From NCBI GenBank assembly GCA_015492645.1, contig WGER01000052.1:9974-73973 (forward strand): 64,000 nucleotides of DNA, given 5' to 3'. Position numbers and translations under genes: made by a program. This stretch comes from Nitrospirota bacterium (GTDB lineage Bacteria > Nitrospirota > Thermodesulfovibrionia > Thermodesulfovibrionales > JdFR-85). Under the pieces are notes generated by a model. It worked only from the letters and a program-made list of their open reading frames with translations. It was not told where the DNA came from and ran no database searches. This document shows positions 1-10,188 of the stretch, one piece after another (positions within the stretch are counted from its first letter, which is position 1; every line of letters begins with the position of its first letter).

Positions 1-294
1 ATAAATGAATCTCACCTTCTGGATAAGATGTATGACATCGTATATGATGCAGAGAGGAATCCCCTTTTCCCTACCCTTATACTTCAGAGACTGCTTGCTG
101 TTGACCCGGAAAACGAGAGGTTTCTGTATGGACTCTCATCACTATATGTCGGACTCCTTGCTGCCAAGACCACACCTCAGCAGTGGAGGCCCAAATTGCT
201 GGAGAGGTTAAATGAGGTGGAGGCTGACCTGAAGGAGATCTCAGAGGCAGGCTACAAAAGATTGAGGCGTTTGAGGGAGCACTACAATGTATAA
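1..294 (+). CDS. hypothetical protein, C-terminal fragment (gene starts upstream of window)
   Basis: Frame 1 is open from base 1 to TAA 292-294; ORF-track 28..294 is only its ATG-delimited part. The stop overlaps the mnmG ATG (287) by 8 nt. No motif recognised. Confidence 0.4.
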   Translation: MNESHLLDKMYDIVYDAERNPLFPTLILQRLLAVDPENERFLYGLSSLYVGLLAAKTTPQQWRPKLLERLNEVEADLKEISEAGYKRLRRLREHYNV

Positions 295-2179
295 GGAGGC
301 AGAGTTTGATGTAATAGTTATAGGGGCAGGCCATGCAGGCTGTGAGGCAGCCCTCACCACTGCCCGGATGGGACTTGAGACCTGCCTTTTCACGATAAAC
401 CTTGACACCATAGCCCAGATGTCCTGCAATCCAGCCATCGGGGGCCTTGCCAAGGGGCATCTCGTGAGGGAGATAGATGCCCTTGGTGGGGAGATGGCAA
501 GGGTTACAGACAGTTCAGGGATACAGTTCAGGATGCTCAACAGGAGTAAAGGGCCTGCAGTGTGGTCCCTCAGGGCCCAGTGTGATAGACTCCTGTACCG
601 ACTCAATATGAGGAGGGTTCTTGAGGAACAGCCTTCTCTCACAATCAAGCAGGCCCTTGTGGAGAGACTGGTGGTAAAGGATGGAAGGGTCCAGGGTGTG
701 GTCACCTCGCTCGGGACCTTTTACGGATGTAGGGCGGTTATTGTCACCACAGGGACATTCCTGAAGGGGCTGATACACATCGGCCTTGATAGTTTCCCTG
801 CCGGCAGGGCAGGAGAGTTCCCCTCAGTAGGGCTTGCTGATTCCCTTAGAGACCTGGGCCTTAAAATGGGAAGGCTCAAAACAGGCACGCCCCCGAGGCT
901 GGACTCCAAGACGATAGACTTTTCAAAGACGACAGAGCAGTGGGGCGATAATCCTCCACCGCCCTTTTCTCACAGCACCACCATGATCACAAATCCACAA
1001 CTACCCTGTTACATTACCTATACAAATGAGAGGACTCACCAGATCATAAGGCAGAATCTCGACCGGTCCCCTCTTTACAGCGGACGGATCAAGGGTATCG
1101 GGCCGAGGTACTGTCCATCCATCGAGGACAAGGTGGTCCGTTTTGCTGAAAAACCGAGACATCAGGTCTTCCTTGAACCTGAAGGACTGCAGACAAAGGA
1201 GTACTATGCTAACGGGATCTCAACCAGTTTGCCCTACGATGTACAGGTCTCACTGGTGAGGACCATCCCCGGACTTGAGGAGGCAGAGATCATGCGGCCG
1301 GGCTACGCCATAGAGTATGACTTCGTCTATCCGACCCAGTTGAGACACACCCTTGAGACGAAGGAGATTGAGGGGCTCTTTCTGGCAGGCCAGATCAATG
1401 GCACTTCAGGCTACGAAGAGGCTGCTGCACAGGGGCTCATGGCTGGAATAAACGCTGCCCTGAAACTGAAGGGGCAACCACCTCTAATACTCGGCCGGCA
1501 GGAGGCCTATATAGGGGTGCTGATTGACGATCTGGTCACCAAAGGGACATCTGAGCCCTACAGGATGTTTACATCAAGGGCCGAGTACAGGCTTCTGCTG
1601 AGGCATGACAATGCAGAGTTTCGCCTCAGGGAAAAGGGGTTCAGGGTGGGGCTTGTGAGAGAGGAGGAGTACGAGAGGTTCCTGAAGAAAAAGGCGATGT
1701 TTGAGAGAGAGATGAGGAGACTTGAGCAGAAAAGGGTCTCGCCTTCTGAGGTGAACCATATCCTCAGAGAGGCAGGATCATCAGAGATAACAGAAAGTAT
1801 CACCCTTGAACAACTCCTTAAGAGACCGGAGATAACCTATTCCATGATAAAGTCTGTCTGCCCTCCTGATGAACCCCTTACAGAAGAGTTGGAAAATCTT
1901 GTTACAACAGAGGTAAAATACAAGGGATATATAAAGAAGCAGATGGAGATGGTAGAAAGGATGAAGAAACTGGAGAACAGGAGGATCCCTGAGGATTTCA
2001 ACTATGATTTAGTGGCGGGCCTTTCAAGGGAGGTCCTCACAAAGTTAAAGGAGGTAAGACCTACAAGTATTGCACAGGCAAGCAGGATACCAGGCGTCAC
2101 CCCGGCAGCAATCTCGCTACTATTGGTAGCCCTTGAAAGACAGAGGAGGAGGGTTTCCCAGCAAACCGGTATCTCCTGA
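287..2179 (+). CDS. mnmG: tRNA uridine 5-carboxymethylaminomethyl modification enzyme MnmG (GidA)
   Basis: 630-aa ORF. N-terminal FAD-binding fingerprint DVIVIGAGHAGCEAA and full-length MnmG/GidA architecture recognised by eye. Confidence 0.95.
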   Translation: MYKEAEFDVIVIGAGHAGCEAALTTARMGLETCLFTINLDTIAQMSCNPAIGGLAKGHLVREIDALGGEMARVTDSSGIQFRMLNRSKGPAVWSLRAQCDRLLYRLNMRRVLEEQPSLTIKQALVERLVVKDGRVQGVVTSLGTFYGCRAVIVTTGTFLKGLIHIGLDSFPAGRAGEFPSVGLADSLRDLGLKMGRLKTGTPPRLDSKTIDFSKTTEQWGDNPPPPFSHSTTMITNPQLPCYITYTNERTHQIIRQNLDRSPLYSGRIKGIGPRYCPSIEDKVVRFAEKPRHQVFLEPEGLQTKEYYANGISTSLPYDVQVSLVRTIPGLEEAEIMRPGYAIEYDFVYPTQLRHTLETKEIEGLFLAGQINGTSGYEEAAAQGLMAGINAALKLKGQPPLILGRQEAYIGVLIDDLVTKGTSEPYRMFTSRAEYRLLLRHDNAEFRLREKGFRVGLVREEEYERFLKKKAMFEREMRRLEQKRVSPSEVNHILREAGSSEITESITLEQLLKRPEITYSMIKSVCPPDEPLTEELENLVTTEVKYKGYIKKQMEMVERMKKLENRRIPEDFNYDLVAGLSREVLTKLKEVRPTSIAQASRIPGVTPAAISLLLVALERQRRRVSQQTGIS

Positions 2180-2210
2180 GGAGAGTGTCAGGAGATCAAG
2201 GATTTAACAT

Positions 2211-3731
2211 ATGAAGAAGAGGAATCAACTGGCAGACCTTCGAAGGCTCATATCTCTTCCCCCGTCTCAGGTGAGAAGGTTCATACCTGAGTATCTCTAC
2301 GAGAGCCCCTCTACCCTGACAAAGTTGCTCTTTAAACTCATATATACAGAGAGGCTTACCAGGCAGAAGAGAGAGAACCTGGTTAATCTCACCAAATTTG
2401 TTCTTGACCAGTACTCCCCGAACCCGATACCAGAGTGGTTGCTCAGGGAACTGGAAGGGTTATTGCATACTGACAGACTGACAAAGGTTGACAAGGCGAT
2501 AATATTTTCGGCCTTTGACCCTGAGGAACTGCTACAGAAGGTGAAGGGGTTTGAGGAGTTCGTGAACGAGTTTATTGAGGTGAAGGGGTCCTTCAGAGAC
2601 TATCTTATTGAACAACTGGGTGAAAACCCATCATTGCTCAATGAGGTGTACCAGATTATAAAGGAGAAGTCTCATCCAGAGGGTGTCTTCTCCATGATTG
2701 AAGACCTTGCTGGCTCGGAGGAAACAAGCATCCTCAAGTTTCTTGAACTCTTTACGTACTATCCTGACAGGACCATAGCAGGTCACGCCCTCAGGGCGAT
2801 TGAGGCTGCTGCAAATCAGGAGGCTATAAAGAGACTGTATAGTATTTCCAGGCTAAACAGGAGATTTCAACAGGAGGCAGAGGAGGCATACATACACCTG
2901 ATGCATCAGTTGCCCATGCCAACGAGGGAGGAACTCAGCCTGCAGGGCAAATCTGATGGCAATTTCCTGGACCTGTGGGTCAGCCTTGTAGATGGAAATG
3001 GCGCTATGTCCACCTTTGTTGGGAAGAGGTTTGGTAGAAATAGATATTTTGCCTCATCAGTACTTATGAAGACGACCGACGGTGTGAAAGAGGTCCTTTT
3101 GATGTCAAACCTCCCCAGAGAGGGATACAGGGAACTGAAAGAGGCATATTTTTCAGATATCAACTTCTATCCTGTGAGTGAAGAGTATATGAAGAGGCTT
3201 TTAAAACACTTCCTGAAGATAAGCGAGAGAATGGGAAATCCTGTGCCTGTGGAGGTGGTGATCCTAAAAAACATCCTAAACTGGGACGACCTTGAACCTC
3301 AGGAATACACCTTTGGACTGCCTGAGACCCCAGATATCAAATACTATCCCAGGGACATCTTCCAGTTCCCGATTGATACATGGTGGATGCATGACGAGGT
3401 GATTTACGACATCCTCAGACCCTACAAGGGCAAGAAGGCATATGAAATACCGGACTCCGTCTTCTTCAGGGTGGTGGAGATATTTCTGGATTATGCCAGA
3501 GACCACCTGGTCCCCTTATGTGAACTCTGTGCAGACATAATAAGAAACTCCAACTACAGCAGACGGACACGCCTTTTCTCTCTGTTTCTCACCATCAAAA
3601 AGGAGATCCTCACCCTGCCTGTTACGGAGTATTACAGGTCACACTTCCTGAGTTATGGGGTGGTGGCGACCATTGAGAACACCCTGCATAATCTCAGTCT
3701 CGGAATAGGCACTCCGGAAGAGATTGAGTAA
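2211..3731 (+). CDS. hypothetical protein (506 aa, no recognisable domain)
   Basis: Long uninterrupted ORF starting 31 nt after the mnmG stop. Its 3' end overlaps the rsmG start by 8 nt. Predicted soluble, with no TM segment or catalytic motif recognised. Confidence 0.6.
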   Translation: MKKRNQLADLRRLISLPPSQVRRFIPEYLYESPSTLTKLLFKLIYTERLTRQKRENLVNLTKFVLDQYSPNPIPEWLLRELEGLLHTDRLTKVDKAIIFSAFDPEELLQKVKGFEEFVNEFIEVKGSFRDYLIEQLGENPSLLNEVYQIIKEKSHPEGVFSMIEDLAGSEETSILKFLELFTYYPDRTIAGHALRAIEAAANQEAIKRLYSISRLNRRFQQEAEEAYIHLMHQLPMPTREELSLQGKSDGNFLDLWVSLVDGNGAMSTFVGKRFGRNRYFASSVLMKTTDGVKEVLLMSNLPREGYRELKEAYFSDINFYPVSEEYMKRLLKHFLKISERMGNPVPVEVVILKNILNWDDLEPQEYTFGLPETPDIKYYPRDIFQFPIDTWWMHDEVIYDILRPYKGKKAYEIPDSVFFRVVEIFLDYARDHLVPLCELCADIIRNSNYSRRTRLFSLFLTIKKEILTLPVTEYYRSHFLSYGVVATIENTLHNLSLGIGTPEEIE

Positions 3732-4362
3732 GCAACTCAAATCCATTATCAGAGAGGCTGCAGAAGAGACCCCTATCGAGGTTTCTGAGGAGACGCTTCA
3801 ACTGTTTGAGAGATACTTCAATGAGATAAAGAGGTTCTCCAGGGCATATTCCCTTACTTCACTCGATACAGAGGAGGAATTTGCGATAAAAGGTATCCTG
3901 GACAGTCTACTGTATTTGATCTTCTTCCCTTCCTCTGCGGAGAAGGTCCTTGATGTGGGCAGTGGGGCAGGGCTACCTGGCCTTGTAATTAAGATAGCAC
4001 GTCCTGATTTGAAGGTCCATCTCATGGAACCCTCCAGAAAAAAGGCTGCATTTCTGAGACATATAATAACAAAGCTCCATCTCAGGGATGTGGATGTGAT
4101 AGAAGACACAATTGAGTCGTACAGCAAGACCTCTCCGGAGTGGTACGATATTCTGCTCACAAGGGCACTTTTCAGTGTAGGGGAGTTTATAAAAAAGGGA
4201 TTTCCCTTATTAAAAGAGGGAGGAATATTAATCATGAGTAAGGGGCCAGGGTATGAAAGGGAATTGAAAAGGCTGAAGACAGACAGACCTGTAGAGGTAC
4301 ATCCAGTGAGACTCCCAGTTGTTGGACTTCAGAGGTACTTTCTGATAGTACAAAATAATTAA
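3724..4362 (+). CDS. rsmG: 16S rRNA (guanine527-N7)-methyltransferase RsmG (GidB)
   Basis: 212-aa ORF with SAM-binding motif VLDVGSGAGLPGL and RsmG-like length. The start is a TTG at 3724 and is uncertain. Confidence 0.85.
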   Translation: MSKQLKSIIREAAEETPIEVSEETLQLFERYFNEIKRFSRAYSLTSLDTEEEFAIKGILDSLLYLIFFPSSAEKVLDVGSGAGLPGLVIKIARPDLKVHLMEPSRKKAAFLRHIITKLHLRDVDVIEDTIESYSKTSPEWYDILLTRALFSVGEFIKKGFPLLKEGGILIMSKGPGYERELKRLKTDRPVEVHPVRLPVVGLQRYFLIVQNN

Positions 4363-5588
4363 AACTCATATCTTATCTGAAGATAGAGATTGTCGTTTCT
4401 GTCGAGGCCTCCGAGCTGTCCCCATTCCTCCCCTCCTCCAAATACCATGGCACCGATGGAGGCCCAGATACGGTCAGAAAACCTGTATCTTATCTCTGGA
4501 TTGAGCAGGTAGTCTCCATCTGTGAGGCTCCAGAGGGAAAACCATCCGAGTTTCAGGTTCTGGTACATGAGCAACTGGGTGAGTCTTACCGCCAGGAGGT
4601 CAGAGTATCTCCTCGCCTCAGGCATTCCCTGAGGCAGGGTGCGGAGGTATTCAGAATAGTCATCCATATACTGTCCTGAGTACTGAATGGTGACAGTAAA
4701 GTCCCTCCAGAACTGCCTCTGATAGGTGAGAAGAAATCTGAGGGTGGAGTTCGGGATGAAGGGGTTGGTGCCAGCACGATCCTGCCTTGAGTCGTAATAG
4801 CCTGCCTCGATGCCTATCAGCCCGCCAAGTCCATTCAACTGCATAGAGGCACCGTACACATTGAGTTCAGGATAAAACAGGAGGAGGGATGTCCCCTCTG
4901 TCTTAACTGAGGGTGTCCTGTAAAAGCCCCTGTAGAGATAGAGCGCAATTTCAACTCCTGTGAGGTCCCTGTAAAACCTCAGGGCAAGTTCGGTGTTTTC
5001 AAGTGTTGCAGGTGGTTCCTCTTCCTTTATACCGGTCCCGCTAAGGGGATTGTAAAGGTGGAATCTTCTTGCTTCAGGCAGCCTGTTCGGTTCAAAAAAG
5101 GGTATTATGACAATATCCAGTGAGAAAGACTCAGGATAAACCCCTATCTTCAGGGCGTCCACCGGCCTTTTCATGTACTCCATGGGCCTGCCAGAGAAAA
5201 ATGCCTCATAGTCCTTCGGGAAGACGTCGTTAATAAAAACAAGGTCTCCGATCCCCCATGTGATTATCTGTCTTCCGGCCCTGAGGTCCCAGAGCATGGA
5301 TGAATAATCGATATAGGCCTCCCTGAACTCAACCTCTGCTTCTCTACAAATATGGTCATAATAGAGGTCTGTCTTTGAGAAGAACCTCAGGTCTGCTGAA
5401 AGGACCTCGATCTTCAGTTGCACCCTCTCCTCTGCCCATTTGAGGTCTCCACCGTCGGGATTACTGCCTGCCAGAGACATGGAATAATTGCCCTGCAGGA
5501 ACCCACCCAGAGAGAGGTCTATCTCCTCTGCTGTTGAGGTGAGTGGAGACAGCAGAATCAGGCACCCGATGATTAAAATCCTTAACAC
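4359..5588 (-). CDS. outer-membrane beta-barrel protein (porin-like), last gene of the sulfur/exporter cluster
   Basis: 409 aa with an N-terminal signal peptide (MLRILIIGCLILLSPLTSTA/EE) and an amphipathic beta-strand pattern. The C-terminal ...YLQIRYEF ends in Phe, a typical OMP signature. Its stop shares the palindromic TTAA with the convergent rsmG stop. Confidence 0.6.
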   Translation of the reverse strand: MLRILIIGCLILLSPLTSTAEEIDLSLGGFLQGNYSMSLAGSNPDGGDLKWAEERVQLKIEVLSADLRFFSKTDLYYDHICREAEVEFREAYIDYSSMLWDLRAGRQIITWGIGDLVFINDVFPKDYEAFFSGRPMEYMKRPVDALKIGVYPESFSLDIVIIPFFEPNRLPEARRFHLYNPLSGTGIKEEEPPATLENTELALRFYRDLTGVEIALYLYRGFYRTPSVKTEGTSLLLFYPELNVYGASMQLNGLGGLIGIEAGYYDSRQDRAGTNPFIPNSTLRFLLTYQRQFWRDFTVTIQYSGQYMDDYSEYLRTLPQGMPEARRYSDLLAVRLTQLLMYQNLKLGWFSLWSLTDGDYLLNPEIRYRFSDRIWASIGAMVFGGGEEWGQLGGLDRNDNLYLQIRYEF

Positions 5589-5604
5589 TTTCAGAAGGTT
5601 GAGA

Positions 5605-6390
5605 CTACCTCAGGAGACTTCTCGGAGGTCTCCGGAGGAACCTCTCTGTGAAGATGCCCTCTTCAAGTCCGATATTGTATTTGACCTCCTCGAAGGAGAC
5701 CTCTGTCCTGTGGCCGCTCTGGAGGTTTCTCATGGTCCTTCTCACCACTGTCGGGTAGCCCTGTATATTCTTTACCTCGTCAGCAGTGAATACCTTGTAG
5801 ACCTTACCGGTGTGGTTGTAGTACTCAATCTTAAGGGGGAGGTAGGTCTTCTCGGATATCCAGGAAATTCGATAGGAATAGGGCATATCCTCCTTCCTGG
5901 GGATGCTCTTTATCACAAGACAGTTCTCCCCTTTAAGGACCTCCTTTCTCAGGAGTTGGTGTTCGTCTTCATCAATATCCCTTCCGGAGACATCCTCATA
6001 GGTGAAGTCAGAACCCACAAAACTGGAGGCCCTGTCCCTTGCCGCAATCCTTTTGACCATATTAAGGGCAGGGATGAATAGCCATCGGTCATCGTCCCTG
6101 TCAGGGTACTTGTGGACCATAAAGGTCATACCCTTCACATCAGGTGGCTCATGAAAGTAGATGTAATAAAACTGTCTTCCACCATCCGTGACATCCCTTC
6201 TCAGCATCGTGAGGACCCTCCTTCTTTCGGCACCGGAAGATGAAATGAGACGCATTGTGACCTTCACCTTCATGTCATCCGCCTGATAGAGGAAGGCATT
6301 CTGTGACCTCCTCATGATCTCTTTTGCATCCTCGGAGTAGACATATGAAGACAGTGTGAGGACCATTAAAAGAACTACCAGGTGTTTCAT
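5605..6390 (-). CDS. LolA-like 'outer-membrane lipoprotein-sorting' family periplasmic protein
   Basis: 261 aa with a signal peptide (MKHLVVLLMVLTLSSYVYS). The FVGSDFTYEDV motif and size are typical of the LolA-fold partner of COG1033/MMPL exporters. ATGA overlap with the upstream MMPL stop. Confidence 0.75.
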   Translation of the reverse strand: MKHLVVLLMVLTLSSYVYSEDAKEIMRRSQNAFLYQADDMKVKVTMRLISSSGAERRRVLTMLRRDVTDGGRQFYYIYFHEPPDVKGMTFMVHKYPDRDDDRWLFIPALNMVKRIAARDRASSFVGSDFTYEDVSGRDIDEDEHQLLRKEVLKGENCLVIKSIPRKEDMPYSYRISWISEKTYLPLKIEYYNHTGKVYKVFTADEVKNIQGYPTVVRRTMRNLQSGHRTEVSFEEVKYNIGLEEGIFTERFLRRPPRSLLR

Positions 6391-8666
6391 GATTGACCTC
6401 CCCTGAAGAGTCTTTCCCTGAAGGTGACAATGAGTGCAGGCAGGAAGAAGAGTGTCGTCATGCCTGCAAAAAATGCAAGTGAACCGAAGAACAGCCCCAC
6501 AGTGACATAGGGGGTGAGGGTGGAGAGGACCAAGGGCAGAAATCCCAGTCCTACAACAATGGCGTTTCTGGCTATTGCCACAGAAGGCTCACCCTTTGTG
6601 ACCCACTGGATGGCCTGGTGGAAATCACCCCTCTGTTTCAGACCTCCCCTCAATCGCTGGCAGAAGTGTATGGCAAAGTCGATGCCAAGGCCAAGGGTGA
6701 GGGTTGAGCATACAGCAATCGGCATATCATAGTCTTTACCACCAAAACCTATCAGGCCGTAACTGAAGATTATGGAAAAACTGAGGGGCAGTATCGCCAC
6801 AACTGCCCACCAGACGGACCTGAATAGAACCACGAGCAACAGAAAGACCACCCAGTAGGAACCCACGGTAGCCTTTAGCATACCCTTTACCATCATATCC
6901 TGCCAGATGATGTTCAGATAGGGCAGTCCAGACCATTTCATTGTTATCCCTTCTGGCAGGGGGTTTTCCTCCACGAACTCCTCTACTGCCTTTACTACAG
7001 CAGACATGTCGCGATTGTCCCCTGAACGCATCTGGACCCAGAGGTTCGCCTTACGATAATCGTAGGTCACGAGGTTGTCCAGTTCATCAGGATCAGAGGA
7101 CATGAGGAAGAGGAAGAGGTACTGTCCAATGGTTCTTCTGTCATCAGGTATACTCTCAAATTGTGGATCCCCATCGTGCAGGACATAGTTTATCCTCTTA
7201 ACAACATCGGCCACTGAGGTGGTCTTTCCAACAAGATGATGACTCTCGAGATACCTCTGAAGGGAGTCAATGTATTTGAGGACCTCTGGAGATTTCATCC
7301 TCTCTGATTCGTTGCTCTCAAATACGAGATAAGAGATGTAGGTGCCTCCAATAATCCTGTTCAACACCCTGTCTGCCACTCTCAGGGGATGGTGTTCCTT
7401 GAACCACTTTACCGGGTTGTCGTTGACCCTTAACCGAAGGATCCCAAAGATTGCCACCAGAAGCAGAACCACTCCAATAACCACAACCGCCTTCCCCTTT
7501 GCAAGGGATACATCGGCCATCAGCGCAAGGACCCTGCTCCTGGAGGTCTTTGTTTCAATCCCCTTCAGACTCCTCTCTTTCAACAGGACCAGAAAGGCAG
7601 GGATGAAGGTTATGGTAAGGAGCCACGCAGCCATCACGCCAAAGGCCACAAAGAGACCGAATACCCTTACAGGTGGAATCTTTGCCCAGGCGAGGTTTGC
7701 AAATCCGACTGCGGTGGTCAGTGATGTGTAGAGCATGGGCTTGAAGAGTGAAGTGTAGACATCCTTTATAACAGAGTCTCTGTCATGTCCACGGTAGTTT
7801 TCATAGAAGTCACTTAATACATGCACACTATCACAGACAGCGATGGGCATGAGAAACACCGGTATCATTGAGGACATGATGTGTACCTTCAGTCCGAGCC
7901 ATATCATCGCCCCCATACTCCAGAGAACTGACAGCATGGCGACCACCATTGCTGGTACCACAAGCAGTACCCTCCGAAACAACAACCAGAGGAGGAGCAT
8001 CAGAAGGCCACCTGCCAGTGGTGCAACTACAGCCATCTCCTTGAACATCTCTGCACCGAAGGTATCTTCTGCAAGTGGAAGCCCTGCCATATAGAACCTT
8101 TCAGGGCCTTCCAGGGGCCTGTAGAGTTTCTTGATCCTTTCTGCCACCTCATGGGCTACATCCTTGTCCACAATGGGCACGTATATGGCAGTGCCTTTGC
8201 CATCAGAGGATACCAGTCTGTCCCTGAAGAGTGGATTGTCCATCACCTCTTTCTTGAGGAGGACAATCTCCTCTTCTTTTGAGGGGACCCTTTCAAGGGG
8301 CGGCCTTACCTCAAGGAGTCCTGCCCTGGATATCACATTGTTCGTTGCAGACAGACTCATTACATCCTCTGCAACCACTCCTTCTATTGTCATTATCTCA
8401 TCTGTAAGGGTCTTGATCTTTCTGAGGCTCCCTTTATTGAATATCCCCCTCTCATTGACCATACCAAGGACGATCATCTCCTCTATCCCGAACTCCTTTT
8501 TCACCTGTCTGTGGAATACCCTGACAGGTTCGTCCTGTGAGAGCATGTTTTCAGGGTCAGTGTCTATCTTCATTGTCGGCATGGATGAGACAAGAAGGAT
8601 GGTAAGGAAGATGGTGAGGGCAATCGTCAGTTTTGGATATCTGAGGGCCAGTCTTACAAGGCTCAT
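6387..8666 (-). CDS. MMPL/RND-superfamily exporter (COG1033-type, HpnN-like topology)
   Basis: 759 aa. Two repeats, each a large soluble loop followed by a cluster of hydrophobic helices, about 12 TM in total. The SD GAGGAG lies in the 8-nt spacer after the sqr-like stop. Confidence 0.85.
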   Translation of the reverse strand: MSLVRLALRYPKLTIALTIFLTILLVSSMPTMKIDTDPENMLSQDEPVRVFHRQVKKEFGIEEMIVLGMVNERGIFNKGSLRKIKTLTDEIMTIEGVVAEDVMSLSATNNVISRAGLLEVRPPLERVPSKEEEIVLLKKEVMDNPLFRDRLVSSDGKGTAIYVPIVDKDVAHEVAERIKKLYRPLEGPERFYMAGLPLAEDTFGAEMFKEMAVVAPLAGGLLMLLLWLLFRRVLLVVPAMVVAMLSVLWSMGAMIWLGLKVHIMSSMIPVFLMPIAVCDSVHVLSDFYENYRGHDRDSVIKDVYTSLFKPMLYTSLTTAVGFANLAWAKIPPVRVFGLFVAFGVMAAWLLTITFIPAFLVLLKERSLKGIETKTSRSRVLALMADVSLAKGKAVVVIGVVLLLVAIFGILRLRVNDNPVKWFKEHHPLRVADRVLNRIIGGTYISYLVFESNESERMKSPEVLKYIDSLQRYLESHHLVGKTTSVADVVKRINYVLHDGDPQFESIPDDRRTIGQYLFLFLMSSDPDELDNLVTYDYRKANLWVQMRSGDNRDMSAVVKAVEEFVEENPLPEGITMKWSGLPYLNIIWQDMMVKGMLKATVGSYWVVFLLLVVLFRSVWWAVVAILPLSFSIIFSYGLIGFGGKDYDMPIAVCSTLTLGLGIDFAIHFCQRLRGGLKQRGDFHQAIQWVTKGEPSVAIARNAIVVGLGFLPLVLSTLTPYVTVGLFFGSLAFFAGMTTLFFLPALIVTFRERLFRGGQS

Positions 8667-8674
8667 TGCTCCTC

Positions 8675-9868
8675 CTATGGCAGTTGCGTCAGGCCATGTC
8701 TGATCTTCCAGAGGTAATACCTCTCAAAGGCCGCCTTGAGCCATCGATACTGGATGCCTGCCTTGAGAAGGGCCTTCTGTCTTGGTGGAACCACTGGCTT
8801 TGCAACCATCAATGCAGCCGTGTTGCCCATGTCCATGAGACATACAGCACCGAGGGGTTCCGGTTCAGGAGGGCTCTTTCCGAGGACCTCTGAGGCTATC
8901 GTCTTTGCCGCCACCTTTGCCATCTCCACTGTCATATAGCCCGTCTTTGGCAGACCTGTGGGCACGGGTGTCTTCTCCGGAGGTGCCATTGCTACAGCCA
9001 CTCCAACTGAGAAGATATTTTTATGCACTATGTGCCTGTAATGCTGGTCAACCGGTATAAAGCCCTTTTCATTGCCGAGGTGGGCCACAGCCTTCACCCC
9101 TGCCATCGGAGGTGCAAACATGGCCAGCCTGAAGGGTAACCTTGTGCCGTCCTTGAGCCTCACCTCCTCCGGGGTGAACTCCTCAACCGCAACATTCGGT
9201 ATCGCCTTGATATCTCTGGCGGCAAACTCATCCTCCATGATCCGTCTTGATCTGCCGAGCCCTCCGATGCCGAAGTGGCCAATATAGGGTTCAGAGGTTA
9301 TGAATATGATGGGGACTTTATGCCTCATTTTTCTCCTCCTGAGTTCTGCATCCACCTCAAAGGCATACTCGTAGGGAGGACCAAAACAACTCACCCCCTG
9401 CACAGAGCCCACCAGCAATGGGCCGGGTTCTTCAAGGAACCTCTGCCATGCCTTATGACACCTGATCGCCTGCTCAAGGGTAAAGATACATTCTGTGTGG
9501 CCCTTCTCAGGTCCAAACCCTGGTACAGCATCAAAGACAAGGGCAGGGCCCGTGGCGATAACCAGATAATCGTAACCAATCTCTGTGCCATCCCTGAGTG
9601 CCACCCTCGATGAGTCAGGATCAACACCTACTGCCTCCTGATTTACAAATCCTATCCCCCTCTTCCTCAATATCCCTTCAAGGGGAAGGGTTATCTCCTC
9701 TGGCCTCTTCCATCCCATCGAAACCCATGGCAGGGAGGGGATAAAGACAAACCTGTTCTGGTCGCACACAACGGTTATATCTGCCCCCTGTCCAAGGTGT
9801 CTGCGGAGTTCAAAGGCAGTGGTAAGCCCTCCAAAGGACCCCCCGAGGATCACAACCCTGGTTGCCAT
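8675..9868 (-). CDS. sqr: sulfide:quinone oxidoreductase-like FAD-dependent pyridine nucleotide-disulfide oxidoreductase
   Basis: 397 aa. N-terminal Rossmann motif VVILGGSFGG. Cys residues in GVSCFGPPYE and GAVCLMDMG sit near the positions of the conserved SQR redox cysteines (about 160 and 356). Confidence 0.8.
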   Translation of the reverse strand: MATRVVILGGSFGGLTTAFELRRHLGQGADITVVCDQNRFVFIPSLPWVSMGWKRPEEITLPLEGILRKRGIGFVNQEAVGVDPDSSRVALRDGTEIGYDYLVIATGPALVFDAVPGFGPEKGHTECIFTLEQAIRCHKAWQRFLEEPGPLLVGSVQGVSCFGPPYEYAFEVDAELRRRKMRHKVPIIFITSEPYIGHFGIGGLGRSRRIMEDEFAARDIKAIPNVAVEEFTPEEVRLKDGTRLPFRLAMFAPPMAGVKAVAHLGNEKGFIPVDQHYRHIVHKNIFSVGVAVAMAPPEKTPVPTGLPKTGYMTVEMAKVAAKTIASEVLGKSPPEPEPLGAVCLMDMGNTAALMVAKPVVPPRQKALLKAGIQYRWLKAAFERYYLWKIRHGLTQLP

Positions 9869-9896
9869 CGTTACCTCCCCTTACTCATTCATTTAT

Positions 9897-10178
9897 TTAG
9901 AACAGGCCCACAACCTGATCCTCGTCCACCATCAGGTCAACCAGATCCATATAGTCTATCTCTTTTATATCCCTGGCGATATCAGCCTCTTTTAACCCCC
10001 TCATACGGGCATCTTCTCTAAGTAGATAGACTGTGCCACAGAAGCCTTCAAGCCTTTCTGGTTGTGCAAAATACACACCGTTCTGTAGCAGGCATATATC
10101 AGCAGCCATATCCCTTGCGAGTTTGAACCCCCTCCTGCCTTCAGGCGTATCAGGTGCGCTCTTTATAAGTACCAGCAT
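9897..10178 (-). CDS. dsrH: DsrH/TusB-like sulfur-relay protein
   Basis: 93 aa. Motifs LLQNGV, VYLLREDARMRGL and IDYMDLVDL...VVGLF parallel E. coli TusB (LLQDGV, VYALNEDLIARGL, IDYTDFV). Stop-SD-start junction with dsrF (TGA GGAGGT CAGA ATG). Confidence 0.75.
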   Translation of the reverse strand: MLVLIKSAPDTPEGRRGFKLARDMAADICLLQNGVYFAQPERLEGFCGTVYLLREDARMRGLKEADIARDIKEIDYMDLVDLMVDEDQVVGLF

Positions 10179-10188
10179 TCTGACCTCC

